The notes under the pieces are model-generated. The model was not told where the DNA came from and ran no database searches. It was given only the letters and a program-made list of their open reading frames with translations. A DNA stretch of 64,000 nucleotides from the human T2T-CHM13v2.0 reference genome, Homo sapiens. Shown here piece by piece: positions 27,089 through 42,195 of this stretch. A program made the translations under genes and the position numbers. Location of the stretch: assembly GCF_009914755.1 (NCBI RefSeq), contig NC_060927.1. One strand, 5' to 3'. Position 1 is the first letter of the stretch, and the number at the start of each line of letters is the position of its first letter.

Positions 27089-27595
27089 CTATATCAGTTT
27101 ATATTGCTATACAACAAATCTCTTCAAAGCTCAATGGCTTACAATAACAATGAGTTATTATTTCTTACCATTTGGTAGGTTGTCTAGGTGGCTTCTCTTC
27201 TGATTTCATCTGGATTCATTCACTCATGTAGCAACATTCAGCTGGAGGGTCTCCTGGGCTAGAAGGTCTGAGATGGCCTAACTTACACATCTGGCGGTTG
27301 GTGCTAGCTGTTCTCTGGAGCGCCTACGCTTGCCTCCAGAACTTGGCTGTCTCCAAGCAGTGCTCCAAGTAGAGGAAGTCAGAGTTGTATGTAAGGCCTA
27401 TTGCGACCTTCTTAGTTTTGTAAGTTACATTATGTCACTTCTGTCACCTTCTATCGGTCAAAACAAGTCCAAGCCTGGCCCAGATTCAACAGATAGGGAA
27501 ACAGACTTCAACTTTGGATGGGAAAAGTGATCCATCACATTGCAAAAGGGCACACACACTATGATGGGAGGACCATGTGGTCATATATTTCAACT
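27089..27595 (-). mobile_element. MLT1H/G-type MaLR LTR
   Basis: 'tattgctatacaacaaa...tgtcacttctgtcaccttctatcggtcaaaacaagtc...gcccagattcaa'. Confidence 0.75.
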
Positions 27596-29874
27596 GATAA
27601 AAAACAAGTAGAGAAGTGAACAATAGTGGAATAGCCCTGCCTAGATTCTTTTTTTTTTTTTATTTTGAGTTCTAGGGTACATGTGCACAACGTGCAGGTT
27701 TGTTACATAGGTATACAGGTGCCATGCTGATTTGCTGCACCCATCAACTCAACATTTACATTAGGTATTTCTCCTAATGCTATCCAGCCCCCAGCCCCCC
27801 GCCCCCACCTCGAGAGGCCCTGGGTTGTGATGTTCCCTGCCCTGTGTCCAAGTGTTCTCATTGTTCAATTCCTACCTATGAGTGAGAACATACGGTGTTT
27901 GGTTTTCTGTCCTTGTGATAGTTTGGTGAGAATGATTGTTTCCAGCTTCATCCATGTCCCTACAAAGGACATGAACTCCTCCTTTTTTATGGCTGCATAG
28001 TATTCCATGGTGTATATGTGCCACATTTTCTAAATGCAGTCTATCTTTTATGGACTTTTGGGTTGTTTCCAAGTCTTTGCTGTTGTGAATAGTGCCGCAA
28101 TAAACGTATGTGTGCATATGTCTTTATAGTAGCATGATTTATAATCCTTTGGGTATATACCCAGTAATGGGATCGCTGGGTCAAATGATATTTCCAGATC
28201 TAGATCCTTGAGGAATCGCCACACTGTCTTCCACAGTGGTAGAACTAATTTACACTCCCACCAACAATGTAAAAGCGTTCCTATTTCTCCACATCCTCTC
28301 CAGCACCTGTTGTTTCCTGACTTTTTAATGATCACCATTCTAACTGGCGTGAGATGGTATCTCATTGTGGTTTTGATATGCATTTCTCTGATGACCAGTG
28401 ATAATGAGCATTTTTCATATGTCTGCTGCCTGGATAAATGTCTTCTTTTGAGAAGTGTCTGTTCATATCATTTGCCCACTTTTTGATGGCTTTTTTTTTC
28501 TTGTAAATTTGTTTAGGTTCTTTGTAGATTCTGGATATTAGCCCTTTGTCAGATGGGTAGATTGCGAAAATTTTCTCCCATTCTGTAGGTTGCCTGTTCA
28601 CTCTGATGGTAGTTTCTTTTGCTGTGCAGAAGCTCTTTAGTTTAAGTCTTTAAGCCATCTTGAATTAATTTTTGTATAAGGTGTAAAGAAGGGATCCAGT
28701 TTCAGCTTTCTGCATATGACTAGCCAGTTTTCCCAACACCATTTATTAAATAGGGAATCCTTTCCCCACTTCTTGTTTTTGTCAGGTTTGTCTAAGATCA
28801 GATGGTTGTAGATGTGTGGTGTTATTTCTTAGGCTTCTGTTCTGTTCTACTGGTTTATATATCTGTTTTGGTACCAGTATCATGCTGTTTTGGTTACTGT
28901 AGCCTTGTAGTATAGTTTGAAGTCAGGTGGTGTGATGCTTCCAGCTTTGTTCATTTTGCTTAGGATTGTCTCGGCTATGCGGGCTCTTTTTTGGTTCCAT
29001 ATGAACTTTAAAGTAGTTTTTTCCAATTCTGTGAAGAAAGTCATTGGCAGCTTGATGGGGATGGCATTGAATCTATAAATTACCTTGGGCAGTATGGCCA
29101 TTTTCACAATATTGATTCTTCCTATCCATGAGCATGGAATATTCTTCCATTTGTTTGTGTCCTCTTTTATTTTGTTGAGCAGTGATTTATAGTTCTCCTT
29201 GAAGAAGTTCTTCACATCTCTTGTAAGTTTTATTCCTAGGTATTTTATTCTCTTTGTAGCAATTGTGAATGGGAGTTCACTCATGATTTGGCTCTCAATT
29301 TGTCTGTTACTGGTATATAGGAATGCTTGTGATTTTTGCACATTGATTTTGTATCCTGAGACTTTGCTGAAGTTGCTTATCAGCTTAAGGAGATTTTGGG
29401 ATGAGACGATGGGGTTTTCTAAATATACAATCATGTCATCTACAAACAGGGACAATTTGACTACCTCTTTTCCTAATTGAATACCCTTTATTTCTTTCTC
29501 TTGCTTGATTGCCGTGGCCAGAACTTCCAACACTATGTTGAATAGGAGTGGTGAGAGGGCATCCTTGTCTTGTGCTGGCTCAAAGGGTATGCTTCTAGTT
29601 TTTGCCCATTCAGTATGTTATTGGCTGTGGGCTTGTCATAAATAGCTCTTACTATTTTGAGATACATTCCTTCAATACCTAGTTTATTGAGAGTTTTTAG
29701 CATGAAGGGCTGTTGAACTTTGTCGAAGGCCTTTTCTCCATCTATTGAGATAATCATGTGGTTTTTGTCGTTGGTTCTGTTTATATGATGGATTACGTTT
29801 ATTGATTTGCAAATGTTGAACCAGACTTGCATCCCAGGGATAAGGCTTACTTGATTATGGTGGATAAGCTTTTT

Positions 29875-30169
29875 ATTTTATTTTTATATTTATTTATTTA
29901 TTTGTGTATTTTTTGAGACGGAGTCTCGCTCTGTTGCCCAGGCTGGAGAGCAGTGGTGTGATCTCGGGTCATTGCAAGCTCTGCCTCCCAGGTTCATGCC
30001 ATTCTCCTGCCTCAGCCTCCCCGAGTAGCTGGGACTACAGGTGCCCACCACCACGCCTGGCTAATTTTTTTAATTTTTACGAGAGATGGGGTTTCACCGT
30101 GTTAGCCAGGATGGTCTCGATCTCTTGACCTCTTGATCCGCCCGCCTTGGCCTCCCAAGGTGCCTGGCC
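29875..30169 (-). mobile_element. AluY-like SINE nested in L1 ORF2, with a 27-bp internal deletion near its 5' end
   Basis: 14-bp TSD TGGATAAGCTTTTT at 29861-29874 and 30170-30183; Y-type diagnostics. Confidence 0.95.
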
Positions 30170-31143
30170 TGGATAAGCTTTTTGATGTGCTGCTGGGTTC
30201 AGTTTGCCCGTATTTTATTGAGGATTTTCGCATCAATGTTCATCAGGGATATTGGTCTTGAATTCTCATTTTTTGTTGTGTCTCTGCCAGGCTCTGGTAT
30301 CAGGATGATGCTGGCCTCATAAAAAGAGTTAGGGAGGATTCTCTCTTTTTCTATTGATTGGAATAGTTTCAGAAAGAATGGTACCACCTCCTCTTTGTAC
30401 CTCTGGTAGAATTTGGCTGTGAATCCATCTGGTCCTGAACTTTTTTTGTTGTTAAGCTATTAATTATTTCCTGAATTTCAGAGCCTGTTGTGGTCTACTC
30501 AGAGATTCAACTTCTTCCTGGTTTAGTCTTGGGAGGGTGTATGTGTCCAGGAATCTATCCATTTCTTCTAGATTTTCTAGTTTATTTGCGTAGAGGTGTT
30601 TATAGTATTCTTTTATGGCAGTTTGTATTTCTGTGGGTTCGGTGGTGATATCCCCTTTATCATTTTTTATTGCATCTATTTGATTCTTCTCCCTTTTCTT
30701 CTTTATTAGTCTTGCTAGTTGTCTATCAATTTTGTTGATCTTTTCAAAAAAACCCACTCCTGGATTCATTGATTTTTTTAAGGTTTTTTTTTGTTTCTCT
30801 ATCTCCTTCAGGTCTGCTCTGATATTAGTTATTCTTGCCTTCTGCTAGCTTTTGAATTTGTTTGCTCTTGCTTCTCTAGTTCTTTTAATTGTGATGTTAG
30901 GGTATCAATTTTAGATCTTTTCTGCTTTCTCTTGTGGGCATTTTGTGCTATAAATTTCCCTCTACACACTGCTTTAAATGTGTCCCAGAGATTCTGGTGC
31001 ATTGTGTCTTTGTTCTTATTGGTTTCAAAGAACATCTTTATTTCTGCCTTCATTTCTTTATTTACCCAGTAGTCATTCAGGAGTAGGTTGTTCAGTTTCC
31101 AGATAGTTGTGCAGTTTTGAGTGAGTTTCTTACTCATGAGTTC

Positions 31144-33003
<1,860 letters not shown>

Positions 33004-33825
33004 CTACATTTGCTGAGGAATGCTTTACTTCCAATTATGTGGTCAATTTTAGAATAAGTGGATGTGGTGCTGAGAGGAATGTATATTCTGTTGATTTGGG
33101 GTGGAGAGTTCTGTAGATATCTATTGGGTCCACTTGGTGCAGAGCTGAGTTCAAGTCCTGGATATCCTTGTTAACCTTCTGTCTCGTTGATCTGTCTAAT
33201 GTTGACAGTGGGGTGTTAAATTCTCCCATTATTATTGTGTGGGAGTCTAAGTCTCTCTTTAGGTCTCTAAGGACTTGCTTTGTGAATCTGGGTGCTCCTG
33301 TATTGGGTGCATATATATTTAAGAATAATTAGTTCTTCTTGTTGAATTGATCCCTTTACCATTATGTAATGGCCTTCTTTGTCTCTTTTGATCTTTGTTG
33401 GTTTAAAGTCTATTTTATCAGAGACTAAGACTGCAACCCCTGCTTTTTTTTTGTTTTCCATTTGCTTGGTAGATCTTCCTCCATCCCTTTATTTTGAGCC
33501 TATGTGTGTCTCTGCACATGAGATGGGTCTCCTGAATACAGCACATTGATGGGTCTTGATGCTTTATCCAATTTGCCAGTCTGTGCCTTTTAATTGGGGC
33601 ATTTAGCCCATTTACATTTAAGGTTAATATTGTTATGTGTGAATTTGATCCTGTCATTATGATGTTAGCTGGTTATTTTGCCCGTTAATTGATGCAGTTT
33701 CTTCATAGCATTGATGGTCTTTACAATTTGGCATATTTTTGCAGTGGCTGGTACTGGTTGTTCCTTTCCATGTTTAGTGCTTCCTTCAGGAGCTCTTGTA
33801 AGGAGCCCTGCCTAGATTCTGCAGT

Positions 33826-33858
33826 CTCCCTCCCTCCCTCCCTCCCTTGCTCCCTCCC
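33826..33858 (+). repeat. (CCCT)n simple repeat
   Basis: ctccctccctccctccctccc... Confidence 0.85.
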
Positions 33859-34276
33859 AAGATTCTTGCAAGCTTTAAAGAAGCAAAGTAGAATGTGTTT
33901 AAGACAAAATGTCTATTAGGCTAATGAGGGCATTGTTTTTGTGGAGAGTAAAGAGTTATATAGATTTGCATTATCTATTACATATACTGAGTAGATCCCT
34001 TCATTATTTGCCTTTTCTATTATTCCTAGATACTTATTTTTCTTTAGCAGTTGATGAACTTTGTAAGAGTCTGTTAATTCTTAATCAGTACTTCCCCAGA
34101 GGGTAAGATAGAAGTAATGGAATGAAGTAGTTAGCTATACTGGCAAGGCAGTGTGATGTAGTTCCAGTATTTGATGGTATTACATGTGACTAGATAATTA
34201 ACCTTTCCTATAACAGCATTCAATAAGTGCAAAAATATATTTTAGAAGTTACAGGTATTTTTTGGCAAATTGTTTC

Positions 34277-34454
34277 ATTTACTAAGTCTCTACTGTGTAC
34301 CAAGTCTTTTTCATATGCTATCTCTTAAACATTACAATAATCATGAAAAGTGTCAGTTCCTATTTTACATATGAGAAAATGGAGACCTGTGGAAGATGAA
34401 TAAATTTTCCACAGCCAAATATTAAGTATAAGACAGAATCTGAACTTCTAAGTC
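34277..34454 (-). mobile_element. MIR SINE
   Basis: 'cctattttacatatgagaaaatggagac'. Confidence 0.65.
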
Positions 34455-34459
34455 ATATT

Positions 34460-34900
34460 TAATATCTACTTTCTTTTTCTCTCGGGTCAATGGAACCCCA
34501 ACTTTGTTGGAGACTGCCATGCATTCAGCCAAAACTACATTTCACCGATTTCTTTGCATAGCTAGTAGAAACTATCTGGCTGCTAAAATGTAGCTAAAGA
34601 TTATCACATACGGATCCTGGGAAGGGGCCTTCAAAAGGGGACTGACTTGGCTGATATGCACATCTGTGCCATTGGCTGTTATCTGTTTCCTGTAACAAAG
34701 TATGATGACTGGAGCTTCAGAAACCATGATGTAAGCTGAAGTTCATAGCCAGACTATCAAGATGGTACAGCAGAGACCTGGAAGAGGCATAGGTCCTGGA
34801 AGAAGTATAGCTGCTTTATCAGCTCTTATGTGAGAGGAAAATAACACTTCCATCTTGCTTAAGCCAGAGTTATTTCTCTTGCATAGACAGCCCTATAGGA
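34460..34900 (+). mobile_element. MLT1J/K-type LTR
   Basis: 'aaaactacatttc...gatgactggagcttcag...tatgtgagaggaaaataa...cttgcttaagcca'. Confidence 0.65.
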
Positions 34901-35236
34901 ACCATTAAAGACAACAAAACATACCCTCTCATATTGCTATATTTCTGTGTGCTTCATGTAAAATGAAAATTTATAAAATTAGTCATAAAACTAATAAAAT
35001 ACCATTACAGGTCCAAGAATGTCTATGCATAGCCTTTACCTCAGCAGAAAATGAGAAGAACCTTGTTTGTCTTGAGATGTCTGATCTCCTTGATGATCAG
35101 CCCCAGCAAACTTGTACCTTCAAGGTTTACATCCTTCCCATTGTCTGCCTCTGAGAACAAGAGTCCCTTGCCTTGCTTGAACTTGTGGCACTAAGATGCC
35201 TGTAATGCTCTGATCTTCAAATCCCACATCGTAAGT

Positions 35237-35431
35237 CAGTGAGTCTTCAAATTTCAGCTGCATAAGAACCATATGGGATGCTTGTGAATTTTTTTAAAAT
35301 CGTATTTTTAGACCTATCATGGGGATTCTGAATCAGTAGTTCTGTGGCAGGGCCCAGGAATTGCATTTTTAACAAATATTCTGGGCAATTATTAGGCATA
35401 TGATTCACAGGTTGGCCTTTGAGAAACCCTG
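35237..35431 (-). mobile_element. MER5A-type hAT-Charlie MITE
   Basis: 'gattctgaatcagtag...ggcccaggaattgcatttttaacaa...tttgagaaaccctg'. Confidence 0.75.
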
Positions 35432-36093
35432 TGAAACCTTTCCCCTTAACCAGTGCCTTTTGTTGCTTTATCTGACCCAGACTTGCAATGTGCAGGAAGG
35501 AGAGGAAAGAATATTTTGGTGTCTTTTAACAGAGATTGAAAGAAGTGTATAGAAGATAGAAAAAAGAAAACAAAACAAAACAAAACAAAAACTACCCCTG
35601 GCTTAAAGAAGACAGGGGTTACAGTTTCCTCTCTCCTAATCCCTGCATGGTACAAATACCAGAGATGATTCCTGAAATTTAGCAAGCTAGGTTAGGATAA
35701 TATAGCTTCGTTTTCTACTTATTATAGAAATTTTCTCATAAGTGTTAAATTTGTACTAATTGGTATAACTGGCACAAATTGCACCAGATGGATAGGTAAG
35801 TCTCCTACTTTTGCAGAGTTCCAAGTTGCCTTTCCTATTCTTAATTATTAAAGATTAATTTTACTTTGCAGAAAACTCACAGAGGATTGCCAATACCTTT
35901 CCTCGGAGGACATAATTTAAAACTTTAAAAGATCGAAATTTTAATAAAAATTTGAAAACGTTGCCAATATTTTTACAGAAGCCACTTAATGATTTTAATT
36001 CAATGCTGCATATGAAAGGTAGCAATTAAGAGGAAGTAAAACAGGCCACACCTAGAAAGAAAATATGAGTCGATCTGCAAAGTAGCAACATAG

Positions 36094-36426
<333 letters not shown>

Positions 36427-36809
36427 TGTCTTCTGCTTTCCTAAGAGGCTGTGTTCCTTAAATGTGTGACAAAATGCAATGTGAAAATTTAAAACAATCC
36501 ATTTATTCATTTAATGAGAGAACTAGATATTTTACAAAATCTGAAATTTTACCTGACTACTCAATAATCTATTGCTAATATTTCATACATGTTCTTATGT
36601 TCTTTAATGTTATTCTTTTCCTTCATAGTCTTTTTTTTTTTTTTAGCCAGGGTTATGTCAAATCAATATCTTTTGTAATACCACCACCTGTGCTGCTGCT
36701 GCTACTCTTACTACTACTATTTTATCTCCAACTTTCCCCACAACTATTTGAATAGCTTCCCAACATAATGTCAGTTTTGCGGTGTGCTATCAATTTCACC
36801 TTTTGAAAG

Positions 36810-39092
36810 AAACATCTCCCTGCTTCCATGTAGATAGGTCAATCTCTAGGCCTGATGCACAATCCCTGTCTTGAGATCTCTGTTCTCCATTATCCTGAGG
36901 ATTCTCTTTGTTTCTCTTTCAGACTGGATCCTATTTTCTCCTTTAGCTTCCTTTTTTTCAGTTTATTCCTCATTTTGGTGGAACACAAGTTATAGCGGCA
37001 ACCCGAAAAGGTTGCAGGGAGGTAAACTTTTCAAGGCTTTGCATGTTTGAAACTCTTAATTATACCATCATTTTTAATTGTTAGTTTGGCTGTGTCTAGA
37101 ATTTGAAGCTGGTAACAATGCCTCTTGGTAATTCTGATCACAATGCTCCCCTCTCTTCTGACTTCCTTTTTAGTGTTGAGAAATCCAATGTCATTCTAAT
37201 TCTTGATCATTGTATGAAATAGGATCTTTTGCCCTTAAAGCTTTTAAAGTTTTGTTGTTCCCGGTGATCTTAAACATCATGTAATGTATCTTTGTATAAG
37301 TCTATTTTATCTACTATGTCAGACCTTGGGTGAAATCTTTTAATCTGGCAACTCATATTTTTCAGTTCTCTGAATTTGCTCTGAATTATTTATTTGATTT
37401 TTCTCTCTTTTTTTTTCCCCCTTGTATTTTTCTTTCTGGAACTCTTATTATCTGAATGTTGAACTCTATGGATGTACTTGTAATTTTATTCTATCTCTGT
37501 CCTATTTTCTATCCCTTTGTCTTTTTGCTATACTTTCTGCCAAGTTTTATTAATTTTATCTTCCAGCTCTTACACTGATTATTTAATAACTGCTATTATA
37601 TTTTAAAATTTTCCAAGAGCTGTTTTTTCCTCTGGATGGTCTTTTTCTTCTTTCTTTTTTTAAAAGTGCAGCACATGCTTTTTTACAACAGTGTGGCACA
37701 TATATAGGTTTTTTTTGGTTGTTGTTGTTAAAATAGAGTTGCTGATGAAAAGTGACTACTCAGTTTGGGGGCACATTTTCAAGCTCCCCTTGCCTTGTAA
37801 GTGGAAATTGAACAGGAATAATGTGTACATATTTTTCTAGACCAAAGCATTAGGATCTAGGTATGCCTCCTTTACCATTCCTTTCATTGTTTGTCAGATG
37901 AACAGATTGAACTATAAGGACAAAAGAGATGGAGAAGTCATACAATGGAGGAAACCTGGGACCCTGAACAACTATGTGGAACAGAGCACCCACCCCATTT
38001 CAGTCCTAACTGAACTTTACACAGGTGAGAAATAAATACGTCTGTTGTTAAGCCACTGAAATGCCCAGTTGTTTCTAACAATTAGTACTACCTTAATTAA
38101 TACAAATATCACTACTTGATTTGTTGATGCAATATCATTTTTCCTCTGAGAATATTAATTCTATCTTTAAATTTTCTTTTCTTCTTCCAGTATAGATTTA
38201 TTTTCCTTCAGGTTTCTGTTCTAGATATTTACTCTGGCAACTGTCTATCGTTTAGAGGTTGGCCTCAAGTGTCTTTACTAGCCATTCATATTTGAGAAGA
38301 GTACAACAAAAAAATTATCTTTGGAAGCTTTGTGCATATGTGGGATGTCTGTGAACAGTGGGCTTCGGAGTAATTTGACTGGTGTGTTTCCTTGGAAAAA
38401 TCCTTTAAGAGAGCATTTTTAAAACTTTTCTCTTGGATTTGCAGATTTGCCCAAGAGAGGTGTTTTTGTGTCCTGGTTGGAGGGGGTAGACCTCAGAACC
38501 GATATTCTGGGAGTCAGGTGGGGGAAGAAACCTGGGGGCTCTCAACTTGCATATGAATTACTTCTCCTGGTTGTGTTATGGCACCTCTGCCTGCCACTGT
38601 GCCTGGCTCTCCTTCGGTGGGTAAAAACCTGTTTTACTCTCTTTAAGTAAGCAGTTAGTCTTCTGCCAGAACGAGACAACAGTAGTTGTCTGGCTTCATA
38701 AAGTTGGTGAGAAGCCAGAAGGTCTAATTTTTTCTTTTAAAATGACTTCCAAAGAATCCTGCTGTTTTAGTCATCATTTCCCCACCCCAGTTTTTCTAGA
38801 GGTGCCCGGTCTACTAAATCATGAGTCTCTGGGGGCTTCTGTCACATGTATCAGGGAACTGCTCAGCTTTTCCTACCGCTGGCTGAGAATCCAGCTTTCT
38901 CACATTTGCCAAGTAATTTACCACTCATCCAGCTGCTTCCTAGCTTCCAAAGCTGTGTCGCTTTTGTCTCTTTTCCAACACTGTTTGTCTATGTGAGTTT
39001 ATGCCTTTATTAAAAAAATACAGTTTATTGGGCTTTCAGAAGACAGCAACAACCCTTTAAATACTTTCAATTTACCATTTTTTATCTGGAAA
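36810..39092 (-). mobile_element. HAL1 (half-L1) element, long degenerate copy interrupted by an MLT1 LTR
   Basis: HAL1-like 'ttttggtggaacaca...gggaggtaaac...gcatgtttgaaa...agtttggctg...gttgagaaatccaatgtcattctaattcttgatc'; 5'-like terminus near 39090. Confidence 0.65.
37740..38104 (+). mobile_element. MLT1J-type LTR within HAL1
   Basis: 'ggaggaaacctgggaccctgaa..actatgtggaacagagc...gtgagaaataaa...gttaagccactgaaat...taataca'. Confidence 0.7.
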
Positions 39093-39699
39093 CTTTAACA
39101 ATTTTAAAACTAAAATCAACTCAATTTTATACTTTCAAAAATAGCAGGATATCCAGTATCTTCTAAATCTTTTCTCTCTTCCAATTATTTAACTGCTCCA
39201 GGGGATAACATAGTATAAGGTGCAAATCTTGCTTACGATGACCTCACCGGGAGAGAAAAAGAGAATTGACTGATTCACTAGTGGGACTTATTTTTCCACT
39301 GCCATGGTTTCTGTAGCTGCTGCCCAGTGTCACTTTTGTACATCTGTTTGGCAGAGTTCACTGCAGTATTTACGAATTTGCTGGTCCAGATCTTTGTACA
39401 GGTTCCTTTGCACAGGTGGAGGTTAATCTCACTCCTTCAGTGAAGGATGGTCCAAGTTTTCCCTTAGAATTGCATCTTTTTAGTTCATGCTCATATGCTC
39501 AGCTGTTCTTTCCAGAGTGTGACCCAGTTGGCTTGAAAGAGCATCCAACTTCAGCTACATGTTGTGTGAGAACTAAGCCTCACCATATAACCTCTTAGAT
39601 AGTTGTAGTCAAGTCTGGGTCATCAATTCAGATTCCCTGGTCCTTAACCATAAGTGCTTCTTAGAGGATCCTAGAATCTTTTTCTGCCAAAAATCTTTA

Positions 39700-40130
39700 G
39701 TGATTGGAAGACTTGATGCTGCCTGAAAACTTCTAGTTTCTGACATAGAGGGGAAGGCAGAAATTTGCTTCACATAGAAGATATGAGATTTGGAAAGTGA
39801 AAGAAACGCGGAAATCCATTATTGCTCCTCTTGGCAGTAGTGATCAGAAATGTGGGCTTCAAGTGATGTCGGATTTTGCAGGGGCTTCCAGATATGGCCC
39901 TGGGAATGATCCACCTCAGTGCTAGAGGCAGCTCTGATTGTTGTCAGTGTCTTCCTGTGGTTACTGCAAATTTCTGAATGTTTGAGAGGTAATGGCCATC
40001 ACTGATAGCAAGAGTCTGTATTTCCGGACCTCTATTCCTCCAGCATGTCTGATAGTTTGATAAGCAAGAATTAATACTGTTTGTATTAATTCTCCTTCCG
40101 CTTGAAATACTAGAGTGATCAAATACTAAT
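39700..40130 (+). mobile_element. Ancient ERVL LTR fragment (LTR33/LTR41-like)
   Basis: 'tgagatttggaaag...ccattatt' and 'ttccgcttgaaatactagagtg' resemble this family. Confidence 0.4.
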
Positions 40131-42176
40131 TGCTAATGCACTTATCTTCTACTAATAAATAAGCTCATCTGCTAGAAGGGTATTTGAGGGACATCTTTAC
40201 CAAGTCATAAAAATATATTGTTATACATTCCTCTCAAAGCTTTGAGTGCCTGTTTGCTTACACTGAGATCATGGTAACTTTCAAATGGAAGCTCCTTTTC
40301 GGGGTATGGTTGTGGGCTGGAAGTTGAGCTCCACTGAATCAAGCGTCCTCCTCCACAAAGAAGTGTGGGGGAAATCCAAAAGTCAAATGTAAATTATTTG
40401 AGGACAATTTTTCTTCTCCAAAAGGACCATGAAATATGGTTTAAAAAATCAAATTCTGTAAATAAATGAAAAAAGAAAACATTTGATATTTTATCTGGAA
40501 ATCAGAGTTGTAGTGGTAGGCACTATTTAAATAGTATAGCAACCAGAACTGAGGTTCAGTGTATCCCAGTCTATCTAATTTTAAATTATTATTGTCCACA
40601 CTTTCATCCTATGAAAACACTAGAAAACAGTTTTTGGCCTCCTTCCCTCCAAGGAAGCTTGGTGATTAAATTTCTCTACCCGTTATGAAAAACAACTCTC
40701 TTTAACATTAAGTATGCTAACAAATTTCTTAGTGACTCAGCCATTATTTTCAATTCTGCTTATTTCCATCTCACTGGAAGTTTAGACTAAAAGTCTATGA
40801 AAGAAGAAAATGCATAATTCTAAGAACATAACTTTGTCACATCAAGTCTCTTTGACATATGCATAAATTTGTAAATTACTATATATTGAAAGATATCCAT
40901 CAAGGTCAGATAATTTAACCTTTCAGAATATTCTTTTCAAAGCTGTTTAAAGTATGATTTATTTCTTATTATTTTAATGGAGCCTGTTGGTAGATTGTGA
41001 AACAATCCTCTGATTGGCCCACATAGATTCTGACCTCAAATCATTAAAAGGTTATTTTATAAAGGCTCATGCAAAGGCCAGTTGTTTGGAACTTGTACAA
41101 TATTTTTCCATAGAAGTATAATTTATTTTATGTAGTATTTATCTTCCACCTACTCTAGAAAAAAGATTAGAAGAAGCTTATGTAATTAAGTGTAAAGTGA
41201 AATAATAAAACTTTAAAATTGGAAGGAGCAGAGGCATAGATGTCTCTGAAGACCCAAGCGTTTTTTTGTGTGTTTGTTTTTTGTTTGTTTGTTTATAAAA
41301 GGGAGCTAGGTCAGTATAAGTAAAAGAGAAATCAGTATCACATAGATCTATGTTCTAATCTTTCTGCTAGAAAAAAAGCTACTTGTGTGAACTTGACCAA
41401 GCTTCTGAATCTCAGTTTTCACATCTATTAAATGGTTATAAACTGTAAATAGTTTGGCCAGTGAATATGTTCCCTGACAAGTCCTTAACAGAAGATTTCT
41501 CCCTGAGACCTCCTTCGCTATTCCCTCTGGAATCTGTGGCTGGATAGAAACGAGGGTGATTCTGAAAAGTTCTGCCTGCAGAGCAGCAATCTCTCTACTC
41601 CTATTTTTGTTGGACTAGCAGGACCAGTTGCCCAGCCTCTGCCTGTGCTGGTGCTGAGCTCTTCTGTTGTGCTGACCTCCAGGCCACCCGTAGACCTCTG
41701 CCATGCTGCTGTCAACCTCCCATACCCCATTGACTCTTACTAATCTCTTCAACTAGCCACTGGCCAGGAAATCTTCAGCTGACATTTTAATTGTAAAGCT
41801 GTTACATCGCTAGTGATACTGACTACCTCTTAATATTGCACCTTCTCTTTTCCAGAGGACAGAACTTTTAGAAGGTTAAAGTTAAGGGATGATCAACCCT
41901 AGCAGGATCTTCACCTGGAACTGCTAGTTCCTCTGCAATTCCCCACTCTGCTGCTCCATCTGTACCACTCTTCACTTACAGTAGGTTTTTCTCTGGATTC
42001 CAGGCGTTCTCTCTATTCTAATACAACTTTGGGGAAGTTTCAGGCCTCAGACAAGATAGTACTTCAATTGCAACACAAGTTCAAATTCACTCCCATCAAT
42101 CCCTGGATCCCAACCAAGAGCAGGAATGGAGCTGAGTAACTATTTCAAATTCCGCCAATAAGACTTTACACAGAGC

Positions 42177-42195
42177 AGACCACCAGGGGGCAGTG
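42177..42195 (+). promoter_or_regulatory. Strong CTCF motif
   Basis: AGACCACCAGGGGGCAGTG; core CCACCAGGGGGCAG fits CCASYAGRKGGCRS exactly. Confidence 0.7.
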
